Positions 57,541 through 64,000 of a DNA stretch of 64,000 nucleotides are shown one piece after another. The position numbers and the translations under genes were made by a program. Each line of letters opens with the position of its first letter. Position 1 is the first letter of the stretch. Source of the DNA: Octopus sinensis (Eukaryota); the NCBI RefSeq assembly GCF_006345805.1, contig NC_043010.1, positions 62,558,001-62,622,000 of the forward strand. Reading direction: 5' to 3'. The notes under the pieces are model-generated. The model was given only the letters and a program-made list of their open reading frames with translations. It had not been told where the DNA came from and made no database searches.

Positions 57541-57626
57541 CATTCAGCTGGTTAACAACAATAATAATAAAAGATATGTGTGTGTCTGTATAAAAAATAA
57601 ATTTTATAAATATCTTTATGTGAATA

Positions 57627-57670
<44 letters not shown>

Positions 57671-57746
57671 CATACATGTATTTATGTATAATATATATAT
57701 GTGTACACACATATACATATACACACACATACATATACACATGCAA

Positions 57747-57777
<31 letters not shown>

Positions 57778-57906
57778 CAAATACATACACATATATATAT
57801 ATATACATATATATATATACATACATATATATATATTATACATATATATATAATATATATATATATCTCTACATATATCATCATCATATATACATACATA
57901 CATACA

Positions 57907-57937
<31 letters not shown>

Positions 57938-58149
57938 ATGATGATGATAATGATGATATATGTATTCACTAATTATATGAATATATATATCTATATATAT
58001 ATCATCATCATATATACATACATACATACATAATATATATATATATATATATTATGATGATGATAATGATGATATATGTATTCACTAATTATATGAATAT
58101 ATATATATCATCTATACATATATCATCATCATATATACATACATACATA

Positions 58150-58187
<38 letters not shown>

Positions 58188-58797
58188 ATGATGATAATGA
58201 TGATATATGTATATGAATATATATATCATCATCATCATCATATATATATATATATACATACAAGCATACATATATATATATATATATTTATATTTATAAC
58301 CACCAGAAGTTAAAGAATGACTCAAAGTCGAAAAGTTTCGTGCAGTTGCACATGTCAATAAGTGTCGATGCACGAAACTCTCAGCATTTGAGTCTCTCCT
58401 TGACTTCTGCCCAGTTATTAATGACAAAGAAATACCTATATTTCTCCACACACACACACACACACACACACACACCATATACCTGTTATATATATATATT
58501 TACAATTATATCCATACATCATCATTGTCGTCGTCATCGTCGTTGTTTCTCTGCACTTTTCCATTCTTGCCTGACTCTGATGGAATTCATTGAAGCAGAT
58601 CTTACTATGGCCGCTTGCCCGTCCTATCACCAACCCTCACCACTCTCCAAGCGAGTCGAATATTCCCTCCACCCCCACCCCGCACCACCATCCTCGGCCA
58701 GACATGTTTCCACGGAAAAACTGAACATGAATGACACCCCTTGCTTGCGACTGTTGTGTGATGTCATGACTAGGACACACACACATGTATATATAGG

Positions 58798-58878
58798 ATT
58801 GACCTAAGACCCCTAAGCCTCACAGAGGATATGACAAAAGATCGCTATGTCTGGAGACACAATGTTCTCAAGAAGACC
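58798..58878 (+). mobile_element. RTE-type LINE C-terminal coding fragment
   Basis: IDLRPLSLTEDMTKDRYVWRHNVLKKT, homologous to TEGMTGDRDSWWFAVLEKT at the end of the 38-bp array. Confidence 0.55.
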
Positions 58879-58969
58879 TACGCAACTCAGCAAACTGCAA
58901 AACGGACTTCTCGAAGCACTGTGTGTGTGTGTGTGTGTGTGTGTGTTTGAAAAACTCAAGTGGATGGAT

Positions 58970-59045
58970 TTTCTGATAATTTTTCCACTTTGATAATTAG
59001 ATGTTTATAAACATCTAATTATTAAAGTGGAAAAATCATCAGAAA
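58970..59045. repeat. 76-bp loop-less AT-rich palindrome
   Basis: 38-bp arms centred on TTTA|TAAA with 2 mismatches. Confidence 0.85.
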
Positions 59046-59135
59046 TGCCATTGTTATTTATTTCTTCAAATAAATAATACTATGCCAAGAACTTTCCATT
59101 TTTTATTCTACTCTCTCTCTCTCTCTCTCTCCCCC

Positions 59136-59200
<65 letters not shown>

Positions 59201-59204
<4 letters not shown>

Positions 59205-59377
59205 GGAGTAACATAAATGTGAAACAGGTGGAAAAAAGAGTACTCAAATACCAGAGGTAGAGTAATATGCTTTATTTAAAGCAGCAGAAAATTCAACAAA
59301 ACCTGTTACTCTGAGTTTCGGCAACGGGAAACTCAGAGTAACAGGTTTTGTTGAATTTTCTGCTGCTTTAAATAAAG
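59201..59377 (+). mobile_element. Penelope-like fold-back fragment (H1 copy 3)
   Basis: Perfect 50-bp arms at 59270-59319 and 59328-59377 around GGCAACGG; in (TA)n. Confidence 0.75.
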
Positions 59378-59432
59378 TATATATATATATATATATGATT
59401 TTTGATTTTGATTTTTCCAGTTTCAGCTAATT

Positions 59433-59485
<53 letters not shown>

Positions 59486-60192
59486 GCACACAAATGGGTA
59501 CTGTTTCCAATCTCCTCCTCATATCTAACCCCCCCTCTCTCCCACTTCCACCTTCTTTCTCATTGGAGTGGTCCTTTGATACCGCTTTACTTCATTCTTG
59601 CTACCCGGAACCATTTGACTTGTTAACCATTCTCCGTCCAGTAGTATTGCTCACTCTCCACCCACATGTTACATTGATCTTTCCACCTCCCTCTGAACTA
59701 TCGAATTATCTCTCCTCCTGCATTACACCTGCCTCCCCCCTCTCTCTCTCTCTCTCCCTTATCCTCCCTGTTGTCAACTGTATCATCATTACTCTCCTGC
59801 TGCTCTCTCTCTCCCCCTCTGCATCCCTCCTCCCTCCCCCTTACTAACTCATGCACCATTGGTCATTCCACACCCCTTATCCGCCACTCCTTACATCCAC
59901 CCTTCAACACTACCCATCTCTTTCTTGCTCCCCCCATACACTCTTGCAAACAGCTAAACACTCCCAGTTTCTTTCTCATCTCGCAATTCTTCTCACCTTA
60001 TACCTTGAGGAACCACCTGGGAACATCAGCACCCTTTGTCTATATGTTCCGAGTTCAAATCCCACTGATGTCGAGTTTGCTTTTCATTCTTTCAGGGTCA
60101 ATGAAATAAATACCAGTTCAATATTGGGAGAGGTGGGAGGTCAATGTAATCGACCAGCCCCCACCCACCCACCCACCCACCCTCTTCCCAAC

Positions 60193-60418
60193 AAGGGTCA
60201 CCTTTTCTTCTAAAAGGGTCACCTTTTCTTCTAAAGCCCTGTAGCTCTTCTAAAGCAAGATCTCAAACCTTGCAACCTATAGATTTATATTTATCTCTTT
60301 GTAGACCTTACTGACCCTTTTCTTCTAAAGGGTCACCTTTTCTTCTAAAAGGGTCACCTTTTCTTCTAAAAGGGTCACCTTTTCTTCTAAAGCCCTGTAG
60401 CTCTTCTAAAGCAAGATC
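60193..60418 (+). repeat. 21-bp unit AAGGGTCACCTTTTCTTCTAA x5 in two duplicated blocks
   Basis: 2 + 3 units, each block followed by AGCCCTGTAGCTCTTCTAAAGCAAGATC. Confidence 0.85.
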
Positions 60419-60690
60419 CCACTCTACCCTCCCCACAATTTAACCCCTCGTCTCCTAGCAAAAAGCCATTGCTATCCCCACACCCTGTCCCCGGTTTCAT
60501 AGTCTCGGGAGCTACATGGCAATCCCATTAGATGCTCGCTACTTGCTGTAGAGGGGTTGGCATTACGAAGGGCACCCATCCATAGACACCATGGACCCAA
60601 CAGGCCCTGCCAAACTGCCCAACCCATGCCAGCAGGAAAGATGGACGTTAAATGATAAGGACAAGGAGAACATTTACATTTATATGTAAA

Positions 60691-60983
60691 CTAGCAGTAT
60701 CGCCCGGCGTTGCTCGGGTTTGTAAGGGAAATAACTATATAAGCATTTTTAGAGAGTTATAGCCAAAAAATAGCAAAAAATGCATTAAAATGGAAAAAAA
60801 TGATGGTAAATATTTTTAAAATCGTAAACTCATCGTAGACGCACGCTAATACCCAGAAGGGCTCGATATGAATCACGTCTATAAGATACCCTGTTTTGGT
60901 TAAACTGCACTGCAAAATGTGGGAGTAGTTAGGAATCTAAATCGTAGGAGACAGACACACAACCTTACTTTTATATATAAAGA
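60691..60983 (-). mobile_element. non-autonomous Helitron (copy 1)
   Basis: Minus strand A|TC...CCCGAGCAACGCCGGG (hairpin)...CTAG|T; no TSD. Confidence 0.8.
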
Positions 60984-61435
60984 TATCGTATGATTGACCA
61001 GACTATCAGATGTGGTTATACATCACTGGTCACCATGCGCTTCATATTGTTTTAGCTTTCAAATGATGCCTCCTTGCTGCCTAGTCAAGCAGGCCAAATT
61101 CATCTTGGTCAGAAGGCCTGTCTGTCATAGGAGGGTGATCTGTTTACAGCTGAGTGGACTGAAGTGATATGAAATGAAATGTTTCGCTCAAGAACACAAC
61201 ATGCCACTTGGTTAGAAATTGAACACACGGTCACTTGACTGTGAGGGCAACACCCTAACCACTATGCCACACCCCTTCATACACACACATAAGGTCACAG
61301 TCTGTTCACTGAAACAAATAAAAATTTTGTGTGTGTATTTAAATTTAAATAATGAGGGTGATAGGTTGAATATTAAATTAATTAACATCAATTTAAAACC
61401 AGTAGCCTAGCATATAGAAAAATCTGAAAATTCAG

Positions 61436-61508
<73 letters not shown>

Positions 61509-61512
61509 ATAC

Positions 61513-61618
61513 AAAGTTAAGAGGAATGACCACCAGAGTAGACTCCTAATATGCTAAATATAGATGTCTATATTTAGCATATTAGGAGTCCACTTTGGTG
61601 GTCATTGTTCTTAATTTT
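61513..61618. repeat. ~106-bp imperfect palindrome
   Basis: ...GACTCCTAATATGCTAAATATAGA-TG-TCTATATTTAGCATATTAGGAGTC...; the inner 24 bp are perfect. Confidence 0.85.
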
Positions 61619-61716
61619 CTATGTAATGTAATTTTTTATCTTCAGATTTTTTAAATATTCTAAGCCACTGGTTTTAATTGATTAATATCAATTTCTCTCC
61701 TCATTATATATATATA

Positions 61717-62112
61717 CTAGCAGTATCGCCCAGCGTTGCTCGGGTTTGTAAGGGAAATAACTATATAAGCATTTTTAGAGAGTTATAGCAAAAAAATAGC
61801 AAAAAATGCATTAAAAATGGAAAAAAAAATGATGGTAAATTTTTTTTTTAAATCGTTGACTCATCGTAGACATTTTTAGAGAGTTACTTCCCTTATATAA
61901 TAGCGAAAAAATGCATTAAAATGGAAAAAAATGATGGTAATTTTTTTTTTAAATCGTAGACTCATCGTAGACGCGCGCTAATACCCAGAAGGGCTCGATA
62001 TGAATCACGACTATAAGATACTCGGTTTTGGTTAAACTGCACCCCAAAATGTGGGAGTAGTTAGGAATCTAAATCGTAGGAGACAGACACACAACTTCAC
62101 TTTTATATATAA

Positions 62113-62115
<3 letters not shown>
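61717..62115 (-). mobile_element. non-autonomous Helitron (copy 2, with an internal ~105-bp duplication)
   Basis: Same termini as copy 1; the CATTTTTAGAGAGTTA...CTCATCGTAGAC block is present twice. Confidence 0.8.
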
Positions 62116-62144
<29 letters not shown>

Positions 62145-62146
<2 letters not shown>

Positions 62147-62535
62147 TTATAATTGTTTCACTAATTTGACTGTGGCCATGCTGGAGTACTGCCTTTAGTC
62201 GAGCAAATCAATCCCAGAGCTTATTCTTTGTAAGCCTAGTCCTTATTCTATCGGTCTCTTTTGCCGAACCACTAAGTTATGGGGATGTAAACACACCAAC
62301 ATCGGTTGTCAAGCGATGTTAGGGGGACAAACACACACACACAGACATGCCCACACACACACATATATATATACATGCAATGGGCTTCTTTCAGTTTCCA
62401 TCTATCAAATCCACTCACAAGGCTTTGGTTGGCCTGAGGCTAAAGTAGAAGACACTTGCCCAAGGTGCCATGCAGTGGGACTGAACCCGGAACCATGTGG
62501 TTGGTAAGCAAGCTACTTACCACACAGCCACTCCT
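62145..62535 (-). mobile_element. family A SINE
   Basis: Reverse complement of the family A body. Confidence 0.8.
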
Positions 62536-62743
62536 ATATATAGAAGAGGCTTCTTTCAGTTTCCAGCTACCAGACCCACTTACAAAGTTTTGGGTAGCAT
62601 ACTTTATGGTTTATAATCACATAGGTATGTTTGTACCAATGTTACGTGTGTGTGTATGTGTGTGTATGTGTGTGTGTGTGTGTATGTGTGTATATATGTA
62701 TGCATGTATAATGTATACCTATGTGTGCATATATATGTACATA

Positions 62744-63057
62744 GGTGCAGGCTGGGCTGTGTGGTAAGAAGCTTGCTCCCAGCACATGGTTCCGGGTTCA
62801 GTCCCACTGCGTGGCACCTTGGGCAAGTGTCTTCTCCTATAGCTTTGGGCCAACGAAAGCCTTGTGAGTGGATTTGGTAGACGGAAACTGAAAGAAGCCT
62901 ATCATATACACACACACACGCATACACACACACATATGCACACGCACACACATACACACACACATACACACACATACACACACACACGCACATACACACA
63001 CACTCACACGCACGCACACATATACACACATACACACACACACGCACATACATACAC

Positions 63058-63090
<33 letters not shown>

Positions 63091-63310
63091 TATATATCTG
63101 TATGTGTGTCTTTGTGCCCCTCCACTGCTTGACGATCGGTGTTGGTGTGTTTACATCCCCTGTAACTTGGTGATTTGACAATAGGGACTGATAGAGTAAG
63201 TACCAGGCTTTAAGAAAAATAAATACTGGAGCCGACTCATTCAATTAGAATTTCTTTAAGGTGCTGCCCCAGCATGGCCACAGTCTAATGACTGAAGCAA
63301 GCAAAAGATA
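62744..63310 (+). mobile_element. family A SINE with an expanded (CA)n centre
   Basis: Family A head and tail around about 200 bp of (CA)n. Confidence 0.8.
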
Positions 63311-63320
63311 AAAAACATAT

Positions 63321-63352
<32 letters not shown>

Positions 63353-63394
63353 CAACATAAAAAAAATCAAATGGAAATTGTAGTTGTGATACCT

Positions 63395-63707
63395 GTGCTG
63401 TTGGCATGTAAAATGCACCATCCGTATGTGGTCGATGCCAGCGCCGCCTTGACTGGCTTCCATGCCGGTGCCACATAAAAAGCACCAACCAATTGTGGCT
63501 GTTGCCAACCCTCTCTGGCACCTGTGCCGGTGGCACGTAAAAAGCACCCACTACACTCACAGAGTAGTTGGCATTAGGAAGGGCATCCAGCTGTAGAAAC
63601 GCTACCAGATCAGACTGGAGCCTGGTGCAGCCTCTTGGCTTCCCAGACCCCGGTCGAACCGTCCAACTTATGCCAGCATGGAAAACAGACGTTAAACGAT
63701 GATGATG

Positions 63708-63708
<1 letters not shown>
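63395..63708 (+). mobile_element. family C copy with (GAT)n tail
   Basis: Two subrepeats, the core, then GGAAAACAGACGTTAAACGATGATGAT. Confidence 0.8.
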
Positions 63709-63777
<69 letters not shown>

Positions 63778-63800
63778 ATAGCTAGATAGATAGATAGATT

Positions 63801-63842
<42 letters not shown>

Positions 63843-64000
63843 CAGACAGATGGATAAGATTATATATATATATAAGATACACACACACACATATATAAAG
63901 ATAATTATATACATATTTACATGTAACAGGAATAACCACCAAGATGGATTCCTTATATGTTCTCAAGAAATATCAGCAAACATATTGAGAACATATTCCT

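Noticed and set aside
56631-57972. Long Y/I/C/V/H/T-rich ORFs here and at 15317-16019, 27769-28819, 62604-63914
   Set aside because: Translations of (TA)n/(TG)n/(CA)n microsatellites.
57930-58230. ~120-bp composite tandem unit (GATGAT...TTCACTAATTATATGAAT) x2.5
   Set aside because: Ordinary slippage duplication within a microsatellite field.

Overview
AT-rich, microsatellite- and retroposon-dense animal DNA. The repeat types and the intronless multi-finger C2H2 genes fit a coleoid cephalopod, most likely Octopus (inference from pattern recognition; no search was run). There are two intact single-coding-exon C2H2 zinc-finger genes on the + strand. ZNF-1 (9748-12234) has 21 fingers, with a core arranged as ABC-ABCC-ABCC-ABC-ABC. 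ZNF-2 (39696-41414) has two near-identical 3-finger cassettes separated by a 78-aa Q/H tract. These otherwise unalignable proteins share a C-terminal motif, ENNYxW[SK]R-x11-W, a candidate undescribed effector motif. CpG-retaining regions with Inr-like and splice-donor motifs (about 26-28 kb and 55 kb) look like non-coding first exons. The rest is transposable-element debris: several tRNA-headed SINE families, RTE LINE remnants, Tc1/mariner, hAT and piggyBac-type MITEs and two Helitrons. At least five distinct hammerhead-ribozyme-like motifs occur in Penelope-like fragments, most within fold-back (inverted) structures. Also notable are a near-perfect 341-bp genomic palindrome, a 16x38-bp minisatellite derived from a LINE coding end, and a decayed three-finger ORF split by a TSD-flanked insertion. 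No CRISPR array, rRNA or bona fide tRNA gene was found. Family letters A-G and H1-H5 are my own working labels, and most repeat boundaries are approximate (+/-10 bp).
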